Origin: Monocercomonoides exilis PA203
Lineage: Eukaryota > Protista > Preaxostyla
Length of the DNA stretch: 64,000 bases
Assembly (NCBI GenBank): GCA_001643675.2
Contig: LSRY02000030.1
Span: 930,001-994,000 of the forward strand
Direction of reading: 5' to 3'
The notes under the pieces are model-generated. The model did not search any database and was not told the DNA's origin. It saw nothing but the letters and a program-made list of their open reading frames with translations. Below, piece by piece: positions 49,573 to 61,521 of the stretch (the first letter of the stretch is position 1; every line of letters starts with the position of its first letter). Made by a program: the position numbers and the translations under genes.

Positions 49573-49840
49573 TGGGGCAAATTATTTTTCTTCAGGCATT
49601 TTAATTGAAAAATAATGCACTTTTGATGAACTTTTTTTGATCAAAAATAAAAAAAAATGGGTTTATTTTTTGACATTCAAAAAATGTCACAATGCATTAT
49701 ACTTTGATTTCAACGACGCCTGTTTTCTGATTTGAAAATTAAATTTATTTTGAAATCTGAGAAAGCGAAATAAAGTTAAAAGTGAAACAAAATTTTCATG
49801 CTTTGTGCAAAAAAAGCTTAAAAGTTTATATTTCACTCCA
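49573..49840 (+). mobile_element. MITE family B (268 bp, TA-flanked)
   Basis: Colinear with 57892-58161 over its length; TA|TGGGGCAAAT ... ATTTCACTCCA|TA. Confidence 0.8.
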
Positions 49841-51342
49841 TATGTTAGTATATTTCTTTTACAGATGCAACGCGAAATGTCCTTTATAATCTATGAGTTT
49901 CTAACATCGGTAAATCAAATATCGCATGTTGCTCGGATTTGCATTTATAAGCTGCTTTTTTTGGATATCCACAATCAATTTCTTTGGTCGCATTCACGAT
50001 TTTCAAAGTGAATAACTATTAAATTACAGATAGAAGCGGAGCTGGCTGATATTTTTTGTTTCTAAAACATGACATTAACTTGTCAATTCGTGTTTACCAA
50101 ATGCAATTGCATCGCAAATTCTGGTGGAAATGCGGCTTGTTCATTAACATTCAATTGACCTCCTCAAGTGAATCCAAATCAGTTTTTGATTGATGATTGC
50201 CAGTTTATAAACAACAAATTGACAAGTTCATCAACACGATGTGGAGCTTGAATTTTTTTGCTGAAGTGCATTTCCCTGGATGAGCGGGCTAAACTTCATC
50301 ACTTTCTGCTTCTTTGATAGCAACACTGCAACGAATGGACGAGGGAATGATGCGTTCTTCAGTGGAAGCAGCATCACCCAATCTCCATTCCAGCAATGTG
50401 GTTCAACAACCCCAGCCAAAAGAGTGTGGAATAATGGAACAGCTGATAATGTTATGTACAACAGATGGCTTTATCTCAAAACAACTTATAAAATAGTTTC
50501 AAATAATGGAACAAACACCGATCTCTGTTGAATCACATAGCTCAGTCCATGCAAAACAATTGAATTCGCTCTTTTGCTCATGACAGATACCAAAGATGCC
50601 TTCTTCATCCTCCTCACCTAAATATTAGCTCCTTATCAAACGCTCACGTTCAGTACGGCTGACACGAAAATCACTGGAAATTGTGCATCAACCTCTGCCA
50701 AAGAATCTTCATGTTACGCTCATTATCTAAATTCATTTGTTGAATCATTTTTTAAATATCCTCCTCAACTTTTTCCTGTTCTTAACGTTGTGACTCATTG
50801 CATATTTTTCATCAACAAGCTTCTCCATGTTATCTTGGAGCTAATTCATCGTTCGCTTCTTTCCAGTTGTAGGCGAAATAATGTTTCAGTGACAAAAGAG
50901 TTTTGTTTAAAAAGAGCAAAATATTAAAATAAAAGCACGCCCTTGTCTTTTTAAAATTGCTGTTGTTTTGCGATCCTTCGTCCTTATTGTTTGGATTTTT
51001 TGGGAATGACAAAAAATTATAATGGACACAATCTTTTCGTTTTATTTGTCTTTAGCTTATTTCGGTATTAAGAAGCGAAGTGTATTGAAAACGGAATTTT
51101 TTAATGTCTTCTTTATATTTTGTTTTAAAAATTGAAATATATTTTTGAAAATCTTTTTTATTATATCTGCAAATGCTAATATTCTTTTAATTTTTGTTTA
51201 TTTACAGATTTTGAAGGATCAAATAAGCAAAGCTGAAAAATATTAACGTTTTTATCTGTTCATTTGAAGAAGGAGGGAGCAAGAAGGTGGAGAGGAAGGG
51301 ACAGGGCTGGATGGAAGGAAGAAAAAGAAAAAGTGAGGAATG
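49841..51342 (+). repeat. Left arm of a 1502-bp near-identical inverted repeat, carrying a broken fragment of a beta-helix surface-protein gene
   Basis: Four ORF pairs translate identically and mirrored coordinates always sum to 106726. The fragment FCFFDSNTATNGRGND...PFQQCGST resembles the FLFFHEC...YGHD...NPFFECYT segment of the receptor at 3937. Confidence 0.95.
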
Positions 51343-51592
51343 TGAAAAGGTAATCGAAGATGATATTAATATTCGTTTTGTTGAATAACAGTTTGATCCA
51401 AATTTCTTTTTAAATCATGAATTTTTTTAATCACAGAAATGCATTGATTTGAACTGCAAAACATGAAAATGGAGTTGATCATCTTCATTTATTCTTTATA
51501 TTCTTGTATTCGATATAATTTTTCGTAATTCATATAGAAAATAACAATCAAAATAAATTAAACATTGCATTGAAGTTTTTCTATTGAGCATT

Positions 51593-51849
51593 TGTGTGAT
51601 TATTTTCGAAACCATATTTTTTCAATATAAAAATTTTGCTTGTGAATTTTCTTTAAATATCAACAAAAAAACACCAAAAAAAAACTTATTCAAAACATTT
51701 TCTTTTTCATTTCAGCAAGAACATTTGTTTTTGAAACAGTTGCGAAAATTTTTGCATTTGATAACAAAATCTCTATTCAATGGCAAACAACCTTTGAAAA
51801 ATCAACACTCCGAAAAAAAATTATGATTTCAAAAAAAATAAATCATTTA
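51593..51849. mobile_element. Degraded MITE family A
   Basis: TGTGTGATTATTTTCGAAACCATA ... CCGAAAAAAAATTATGATTTCAAAAAAAATA. Confidence 0.6.
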
Positions 51850-52335
51850 TTCTATTGTTGAATGTTCAAAAATTGTATTTTGTGTATGAAAACATACGTA
51901 AAAATTAAACAAAAGAATTTGAAGGATTTCTTTTGAATGAAAAAGTGTTCAAATAATCGTTCAAATATTTGTTTCTCACACCATTTGGAGGAAGGGATTT
52001 TCTCAAAAGGCTCCATGCACTTTCTATTCTTTGCGTATGGGCTCTCGTAATTGGGTTAACAAAATTAACTTCATGATTAACAGAAAAAAGACTGAATCCA
52101 AATTTATCTAACCCTGAATATCCCTTCCAGCAGTCTGCAAATATTCTTGTTTTTTGAAGGACGTACTGTATTATTGTTAATTGGAGTACTTCTTTCGTTC
52201 ATTTAATGACAAGAAGCAAAAACATTCTTGATTTCATCCCTTTCTTTGCAGTCAGTTCTATCCCTCCAACAATCCAGCACTGTTTCTTTTGTCTTCCTTT
52301 TATTTATTTACGTTTGGGAAAAATTGCTTCATCTA

Positions 52336-54660
52336 CCATCGGTGGAAAATGCGGTAACTGGTGGAATATCCGGTAGTTGGCAGAATCGATTTGTTGAACG
52401 TTCAAACATTAAAAATTAATTTGCTCTCGCACTGAACAATTTGGATTTTGTTTTTTTTGAGAGTTTGAGTAAAACTTGGTTGTATTAAATTAAAAAAAAA
52501 CATTATTTATTCACAACTTCATTATTTTTCTTTGAAATGAAATGAGATAATGATGAATTAGGCGCTGAGTTTCAAAAAACGAAAACTGGCAACAAGATTT
52601 ATGTGCAGCAAAAAATGATCCTTCCTTTTTTTTCAGTTGTGATTTTCTGAATAGAGTTCGTCATCTATTTTTCTCCTTTTGCATGAACGAAGCTGTGTAG
52701 TGTTCTCGATGCTTTTTGTCTCTTTTCTATCATAAATATAACTAATTTCCTTTCCATACAAATAATCATCATCTATTTTTTCTCTTCTCAATCTTATTTT
52801 CTTTTTCTTAACGTCAACTAATTTCTTCAATATCCTATGTTTATTTTCCTTTTCTTTACTAATTTCGAAATTTTCTTCCTTCTTTTCTTTCGGCTCCTTT
52901 TTAATTGTCTTTTTTTCTTCGCTTTTTTCTTTTAGTTGTCGTTTTTCCTTTGGAGAAAAATCTCCAAATAAATCCTTCTTCATATCATTCGAAGTATATT
53001 TTGATGAGAACTTTTGAGAAGATGAAAGCGAACCACATATCCTTGACAGCACAGGAGCAGCGGACACCGGATAAACTCCTGTATTCGAAAATGAAGATCT
53101 TATGACTGAAGGAGTTGTTGCTGCTGTTAAAGCTTCTGGCAAGGCATCTGCCAAAGCTTTTCGATATAAAGAGGTTGAAAATTGAGTTGGCCTTGAAAAA
53201 GAGTTTTGAAGAACTTGTTTGAACCTTGAAAACACACGGTTATCGCAAGGTTGCAAAAGGTGAGTCATGTTAGAAGGGAAAAATTCAACGATGATATTTC
53301 TTTGTTCAGCAAACGCAATCACTTCTGAATCGAAGTGAGTTCGGTGATTATCATATAAAAGAAGTGCTTTTTTTGAAGATGAGAGTTTTAGCTTATTTGC
53401 AATTAATGGAAGCTATTTCTTTGTCATTATCCTTCGAAACAATTCAGCAGATATCCATCCAGATGAAGACCCCTCATAAGATACATTGAATGAAGAAAAA
53501 TTAGAGAATTCCTGTGGAATTTTTTTTCGAGGGTATATTAGTATATGAGGAAGATGTGAGCCGTCTGCGCAAATGCACACACAAATAGTTACATTTTCCA
53601 TTTTTGGCAATGAAGATGGGGAAGGAGGGCATTGGTTTTTCAGGCAGACTACCAGTTTTTCTGTTCCATCACCTACACGAACCGAAGATTCGTCAAAATT
53701 GTAAATATCAGTCTCATTAATTCTATTGGCTGTAATGATGGAGGATAACTTTTCGAACCACGAATGTATTGCTTCTGGAGATTGTGCGTTAATTTTTGCA
53801 ATTTCCATCGGCCTGGAAATTGAAGTCCTTAAAATTGAACTTCTTTTTATCAAATCATACGCATATTTGGAATTGACTTTATTTCTTATTTCTTCGCTTT
53901 CGCAATCTGAATTCACAATGTCTTGTATCTACAATATATAAAAAATATAAAACAAAATAATCTAATTCTTCAGACCATTGCTTGAATATCCTTAAGTCGG
54001 ATTATTTTTTTTTCGGATAAAAGTGCAATAACCTGATTTTCAACAGTTTCCAATTGTTTTTTTGTAATAATTTCTGGTCTGCCAACTTTGCCAACTTGCC
54101 GTTTTGCTTTCAAAGCAGCCATTCCTCTTTCCCATGCTCCATTTGAAATAGCTTTGGATCCCACAGCAGTTTTCCACGTGACAGCATATTTCTTCTTGAT
54201 TTCAAAGACTTTTTAAGAAGGAGATGAAAGATTTCGGTAATCTGATGCTGCCATTAGCCTGTGAAGTTCTTTGGAAGATATTTTTTTTGTCATTTCAATT
54301 ATTATTCATTTGATCAAAAATAGAATTAATCATATAAATAAGAATTTAAATGAAAGAAAGCCAATTTTTAACAATCAAGAATTAATACATGTGAAGGAAT
54401 AGTCATTTGCTTTAATTTTCACATAAGAATAAAATTCTTTCCTTTTATTTAATCAACAAAAGTCTGTTTTTATTTCTTCGGAACTTGGTAGTTTTTTCGA
54501 TGATAGCAGTAACTATCTTTCAAGCTGTGCAGGGGTTGAGCTTTTGAAAGACGTTTTGTTCATTATCTTTAAAATAGTCAACTTATTTTCTATTCTTTTT
54601 GGTTTTCAGATAACTTGGACTACCGGATTTTCCACCAGTTACCGCATTTTCCACCGATGG
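52336..54660 (-). mobile_element. Full-length pogo/Fot-like DNA transposon (2325 bp, 42-bp TIRs, TA target duplication)
   Basis: TA|CCATCGGTGGAAAATGCGGTAACTGGTGGAATATCCGGTAGT and its reverse complement at 54619-54660 (one mismatch), followed by TA. Confidence 0.95.
52633..54293 (-). pseudogene. DDE_1 (DD35D) transposase with one intron and two nonsense codons
   Basis: VGRP, IYNFDESS, ADGSHLP, SGWIS, LLYDNHRTH, PSNMTHLLQPCD; in-frame TAA at 54213-54215 and TAG at 53413-53415. Confidence 0.9.
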
Positions 54661-55383
54661 TATTTCGACTTCTTTATCTTCTCCTCCAAGTTTGTGAGGA
54701 TTTGATTCAGAAAAATTTGTTATTCATTTTCTGAATGAATTGAACATTCGACATACAGCGAAAATGGATTTATTGCAAACGATCGAACAATAAGTCTGAG
54801 ACATGTCTATCCAAAAGCATAATGCCGTTTTTCATATTTCGCATGCTTTTAATCTGAATTTTTCGAAATTAGTATTTTTCCAAACATTTATCTTCCGATG
54901 CTTGAATCTAAATCGACTAGAAAAGTCATGGAAAACGTACAGCTTCATTTTTCTTTGACATTTGAAGCAGTATCTTTCTTGATCCAGTATTTTGTTCTCC
55001 ATCATCCAATGGATGGTATCAACTTCAGAAGAAAATATTTTTAATAATTGTTTGAAAAACGCTGTGCTGTTAACTTTCAGCTGCATTGCAAAAGAAAATG
55101 ATTCAATATTCAAAAATATTTGACTTATAAAGGTAATTTAAAAATGTCTGTGCTCACAAACAACTATTCAATTATTCATTCAAACTGGATCAATAAAAAA
55201 ACAACAAAACAAAATTGCAAAAAAAAATATAGAAATCAATATAAAATTAAGTTAATCAATTCTAATTGAAATTAACAAATCATTAGATTAGCATCACTTT
55301 TTCGCTCTGTTGCATTGTATTCACATATCCTCCATCCTTTCAAACATAATCTCTCTTTCCCATTTCCTCTGCATATTTCCTTT

Positions 55384-56885
55384 CATTCCTCATTTTTTCT
55401 TTTTCTTCCTTCCATCCAGCCCTGTCCCTTCCTCTCCACCTTCTTGCTCCCTCCTTCTTCAAATGAACAGATAAAAACGTTAATATTTTTCAGCTTTGCT
55501 TATTTGATCCTTCAAAATCTGTAAATAAACAAAAATTAAAAGAATATTAGCATTTGCAGATATAATAAAAAAGATTTTCAAAAATATATTTCAATTTTTA
55601 AAACAAAATATAAAGAAGACATTAAAAAATTCCGTTTTCAATACACTTCGCTTCTTAATACCGAAATAAGCTAAAGACAAATAAAACGAAAAGATTGTGT
55701 CCATTATAATTTTTTGTCATTCCCAAAAAATCCAAACAATAAGGACGAAGGATCGCAAAACAACAGCAATTTTAAAAAGACAAGGGCGTGCTTTTATTTT
55801 AATATTTTGCTCTTTTTAAACAAAACTCTTTTGTCACTGAAACATTATTTCGCCTACAACTGGAAAGAAGCGAACGATGAATTAGCTCCAAGATAACATG
55901 GAGAAGCTTGTTGATGAAAAATATGCAATGAGTCACAACGTTAAGAACAGGAAAAAGTTGAGGAGGATATTTAAAAAATGATTCAACAAATGAATTTAGA
56001 TAATGAGCGTAACATGAAGATTCTTTGGCAGAGGTTGATGCACAATTTCCAGTGATTTTCGTGTCAGCCGTACTGAACGTGAGCGTTTGATAAGGAGCTA
56101 ATATTTAGGTGAGGAGGATGAAGAAGGCATCTTTGGTATCTGTCATGAGCAAAAGAGCGAATTCAATTGTTTTGCATGGACTGAGCTATGTGATTCAACA
56201 GAGATCGGTGTTTGTTCCATTATTTGAAACTATTTTATAAGTTGTTTTGAGATAAAGCCATCTGTTGTACATAACATTATCAGCTGTTCCATTATTCCAC
56301 ACTCTTTTGGCTGGGGTTGTTGAACCACATTGCTGGAATGGAGATTGGGTGATGCTGCTTCCACTGAAGAACGCATCATTCCCTCGTCCATTCGTTGCAG
56401 TGTTGCTATCAAAGAAGCAGAAAGTGATGAAGTTTAGCCCGCTCATCCAGGGAAATGCACTTCAGCAAAAAAATTCAAGCTCCACATCGTGTTGATGAAC
56501 TTGTCAATTTGTTGTTTATAAACTGGCAATCATCAATCAAAAACTGATTTGGATTCACTTGAGGAGGTCAATTGAATGTTAATGAACAAGCCGCATTTCC
56601 ACCAGAATTTGCGATGCAATTGCATTTGGTAAACACGAATTGACAAGTTAATGTCATGTTTTAGAAACAAAAAATATCAGCCAGCTCCGCTTCTATCTGT
56701 AATTTAATAGTTATTCACTTTGAAAATCGTGAATGCGACCAAAGAAATTGATTGTGGATATCCAAAAAAAGCAGCTTATAAATGCAAATCCGAGCAACAT
56801 GCGATATTTGATTTACCGATGTTAGAAACTCATAGATTATAAAGGACATTTCGCGTTGCATCTGTAAAAGAAAAATACTAATATA
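55384..56885 (-). repeat. Right arm of the 1502-bp inverted repeat
   Basis: Reverse complement of 49841-51342; the mismatches I saw are near the ends. Confidence 0.95.
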
Positions 56886-57397
56886 TTACTAAAGAATATG
56901 AATTATTGTTGATAAATAAGAGAAAGTTAAATATGAAAAGAACAACATATTAAAAGAAATAAAAATGTTGCAAATGCAAACTCCATTAATGATACACTAA
57001 GTATTGCATTATTGGATGAAATAATCAAGCTTCAATTCTTTCGCCTTCGCATAAAAAAATTGAAAAGAAGAAATAAATATTTAATTATGGGATTGATCAG
57101 AAAATTTTGTCGATGAAATATTTGTTCAAGAATCAAAAAACTGCTCTACCCAAAAGTGTTACTTTTTTTTGCTAATTATCACTGTGCTGTTATTGTTCTA
57201 AATTTCGATAAATTAAAAGAGGTATTATTTTCCTTTTATGCAAAATTATTTTTTTGAATGTTTATTTAATACAATTCCAAATCAAAAAACAATTCTTGAT
57301 TAACTTTCTTGATTTTATCTTTTGAATGCCTGTCAAAAAATTTGTCTCTTTAATAAGAAATTATATCAAATGGAATGATCAAACTTCCATAAATCAT

Positions 57398-59200
57398 ATG
57401 AAAAAAGCAAACGTTTCTTCGCCTCTCCCTTTCAACTAATTATCACCGATAAGGGCCTCAGCAGAGTTTAGCCGGCTCTCTTTAAAAGTGGAAAAAGTTG
57501 ATTATCTTCTGAAACAAAATGGAATCAAACCTTCAGATCTTGTGAAAGACAAAATTATTACTCATTCTTCCATTTACCAGCAGATGGCTTCAAAAAAAGC
57601 AGGGCGTGATCCTCAACATGAATGCAGACAAGTGTTTTTTTTTAAAAAAGAAATCGAGGAAATAGAAGATTGTGCAATTGCACAAATATCATCCACAAAC
57701 AAATTGACAGTTTCAGACATTATCAGGTTCGTGTGTTGCTTTATGTTTGTTTTATTTTTTTAATTGTGCATTTTTGATAGTCAGAAAACGTGATGATGAA
57801 GATAAAGAAGGAATGCACACCAACGCCTGAAGTCATGAAAATCAGCAAAAAATGGGCACTTCAGTTGATTCAAAAAAGTTGACACTTGAAATGGGGAAAA
57901 ATATTTCACTTCAGGCATTTTTATTGAAAAATTATGCACTTTTCGTTGACTTTTTGATTCCAAAAAACACAATAAATATGGGTCCATTTTTAGACATTCG
58001 TGAAATGTCACTAAACCTTATGTTTTGATATCAACGATGCCAGTTTTCTGATTTGAAAATCAAAATTATTTTGAAATCTGAGAAAGCGAAATAAAGTTAT
58101 GAGTGAAGCTATTTTTCAATGCCTTGTGCATAAAAAGCTTGAAAGTCAATATTTTCCCCCAAATTAATAAAACAAACTTTAATTGATTTTCATCTCCTTC
58201 AAGCATCTACAATTGAAAATCTGAGGAATTAGTTTTCGTTGTTGAAAAATGAAATTGTTTGTTATAATATTTCATCAGATTTAATTATTGGAATGGACGA
58301 AACTGGCATATTGATGAAGCAGTCGGACGAGGAAATAGTAGTTACAAAAGAATCTCGGCATGCTTTTTTACCAGTAGCACAGAGAAGGAAAAATGCTACA
58401 TTATTTTTTTTCTATTTTTGCAGATGGGACGTCACTTGATCCAATCATGCTTTGGCCTTCTCAGACCATTTCCGAGGATCTAAAGGAATTGAAGTGTCAT
58501 CGAATTAACTGTTTAGCAAATCGGACAGGCTGGATGACAAGAAGAGATTTTGAAAATGTTATGATAGAAATATTATTGCCAAAAATTATAGAGAAAAGAG
58601 TTGAGCTTCATGGACAGTCTTCCTACACTTTGATTATTCTTTATGATAATTCCTCTCGCCTAAGTTTACCAGTGATATCTTGGTGCAGAGATCATTTAAT
58701 CCATTTATTGATTCTTCCATTACATACAACACATTGAACTCAGCCGCAAGATTAGTTTGTTTTCACGCATTTCAAAAACAGCCTTAAAGGAGTATTCTCG
58801 GTTCCTTGTGATTCGTCAATTTCTTCTTACGGAAAATCATTAATACCGGCAGTATCAGAAGCGGTTAGTAACTCTCTTTAAGAATTGTGAAAAAGTCATT
58901 TGAAGCATGCGGAATTTTTTCATTTGACACTTCTGTCGCATATCAGTGCCTTCCGCAGAACATTGAAGCCTCTTCGATAGCTGAAAAGCGGTAAACAATT
59001 CTTCACTTTCAAGCAGCATCAGCATGAAACTTCTAACAGAAGAAAATTTTTTTGTAAGCTTTTCCATGCAATTAGATAAAAAAAAGAAAAGTCAGCCAAA
59101 CAGCTCAGTTTCAAAGCAAGGTGTTGCAATTTCTGAGGTGAAGGAATCATCAAATGTTAAGGACAAAAGCTCCAATGAAACATGATCTGTTGAAAATGTC
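57398..59200 (+). pseudogene. Second, more decayed pogo/DDE_1 transposase, interrupted by a MITE
   Basis: IIGMDETG, FADGTSLDP, NRTGWMT, ILYDNSSR, LPLHTTH*TQPQD across frameshifts and stops; possible right TIR near 59632-59658. Confidence 0.8.
57892..58161 (+). mobile_element. MITE family B inserted in the transposase pseudogene
   Basis: TGGGGAAAAATATTTCACTTC ... GAAAGTCAATATTTTCCCCCA; homologous to 49573-49840. Confidence 0.8.
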
Positions 59201-61521
59201 ATTTTTTTGAATCATGGAAGGAAAACAATTATTCGCGATGATGTTTCAACCGAACAATCTGATAATTCAGAGGATCGAAAAGAGCAACTAGATTCATCAG
59301 AAGAAGAGGTTCTTTTCCTGAGTGAGAAAAGGAAAAGAAAGCTCACTTTGGAGAGCGAATGGAGATCTGTCTTCAATTACAGTTGAAAATATCTCACGTG
59401 ATAAGAAAATTATTTGTTCAATTCATATTTCAACATGATTCAACGTTATTAAACAGTGCTTTGTCTTCAGTTGCTTCAAAAGTGCCAATCTTTTTTAACG
59501 GTTATTTTTTATGCAAATTCAATTCGGGCAATTTTTTTTGGCTTGTTCGATCCACCTAAATACACGAAAAACTCGATAGTCAGTTAATTTTTCCACATAA
59601 AAGTATTGAATTGTGTCAAAATAAAGCTGAAGGGAATATCCCGGGTTTTGTCCCGTACTATATATACTGATATATGAATGAATGAATTATCATAATTTAT
59701 TTTTTGAAACTTGTCGAAATATATGAATTTTAATAAAAAGTCCAGGTTTTCGAAAAATTCCCGGGTTTCTAAACGATGGTATCAATGAAAAATAAAGGAA
59801 AATATTTCGTCATTTTTGTTTCTTTAACGGTTCAATTTCAAAAATTCAAATATCGCTTTATTCAAGATAATAAAAGAATACTTTTTATCGATTCGTAAGA
59901 ACTTTATTTTTTTTAAAAGCAATCTACAAAAAAACATAGATAATGATATTGAGTAAGTTGATGTTTGAAGTATCGAAAGTTCCCCCTTTCCCTCTTCTTC
60001 TTCATCTTCCTTGCTGCTCAATCAAAATTAAATGACTTGAATCACCAGTTATCCATATAACAAATGAACATTAACTTTGAAATAACACAGTAGAAGAGAA
60101 TGGATGGGAATATGAGGAATTTCCCGTTCCATCGATGGAATTGAGGATGAATGTGGAAGAAAGTGGCTGATGATGTTTAAGGCATATTTTTTTGAAGAAA
60201 TGATTATGAAAGAAGAAGAAACATTTCCATTGCAAAAACATCTTCTTCTTTTCCTTTTCTTCATTGAACTGTCAAATAAACCAATATTGTGATTCATTCG
60301 TATTAATTACTTTCTTTCCTCTTTCAGGAGGTGTTGATGAATGTTGGCTTATTAAATCTGAAATCAATAAATCCTCTTTAGTGGCTGAACTCTTTCTTTG
60401 AGAAAATATCATCATCATTTCTATTTGCTCTTCACCTCTTCAGATTCTTTCTCAAAAAATACCTTCCAATCTAGCTCAGCCCCATTGACTGCTTTTCCTC
60501 TCCCTTATTTCTCCTTTTCATTGTTATCTCTTCCCTCCCTTTGTATTTCCTCGTACTTTTCTTTTTCTCTGCCTTTCTGTCTTTTCCCCAAAATGCTATC
60601 TTCAAAAAGAAATCTGAAAAAAAAAATGAGTTAAATGACTATTATTTCCTTGTGGCATAAGGAAATGAAGACAAAAACATATGTGAAATTTCCAATCCAA
60701 AATACAATAGAAATACAAAACAATGAGATTCTTCATGAAAATATTCAAGAAAAGCAAACATTCAACAGAAATCCGTTACCAATTACATTCTTTTCTTAAG
60801 TGCCTTTGTTCTTTTCAAAATTATCCATTTTTTGTCAGTTCAGCCTTTGTCAACTTTCATTATTCTCTCAAATTGTATCATTTTCTGCCCTGTTTGCAAA
60901 AGAAACCAAACAAATAAATAAAACACCAAATGAAACATCTAATATAAATCTATTCCGCACCTTCCATTTCTTTGGACGAGAATGTTCCATTTCAGCCATT
61001 CAACGCTTCAGCAGACAACAATCAAGAAATAACAATTCCTAATGTCTCTGAAGACTGCAAAACAAAAAACCACACAAATCCCAGGAAATGACATATGAAA
61101 AGTACTTTCAAAATTCTTTCACAGCACAAACCTCACCTGTTCCTCAGATAAATGAATTCCAAAAAGAAAATCGCTTCTCCAACTTTCCCTTCACATGAAA
61201 AATGAAAAATTCGCTCAGTGACTGAAAAACAAATATTCTGGCAAGATGAATGAGTATTACAGCTTCTCTCTTTGTATTAATGAAAATATCAGAACATTAA
61301 CATTTTCAGTCAATCATTTTGTATTATTCAAATGATCAAAGGAAAAAGAATTTTCCACTCATTCAAAACTCATCTCAGTATATAAAATCAAATAATCTTT
61401 TATTTTGAAAAACAAAAAATGATTTCTTTCTTTCTTTATTTTTTTGAAAATATTGTGCCCATTCTAATAAATAAAAATCCGGAAAAAAAGAAAAGTGCCT
61501 TCTTTGTGTGGATAAGTTCAC

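Larger units (their letters stand above)
51940..55086 (-). pseudogene. Merlin (IS1016/ISXO2-like, IS1595 family) transposase pseudogene interrupted by a pogo element
   Basis: N-terminal CFKC zinc ribbon. Removing 52336-54660 and one TA rejoins KLGGEDKEVEI/DEAIFPKRK, followed by WIVGGIE, IFADCWKGY and VNHEVNFVNPITRAHTQRIESAW; several stops and frameshifts. Confidence 0.85.

Noticed and set aside
52633-54293. TAA/TAG read as Gln (alternative code known in some oxymonads) rescuing the pogo transposase
   Set aside because: Gln is otherwise encoded by CAA/CAG throughout this gene and host genes here end in TAA (538, 2673). Two nonsense mutations are simpler.
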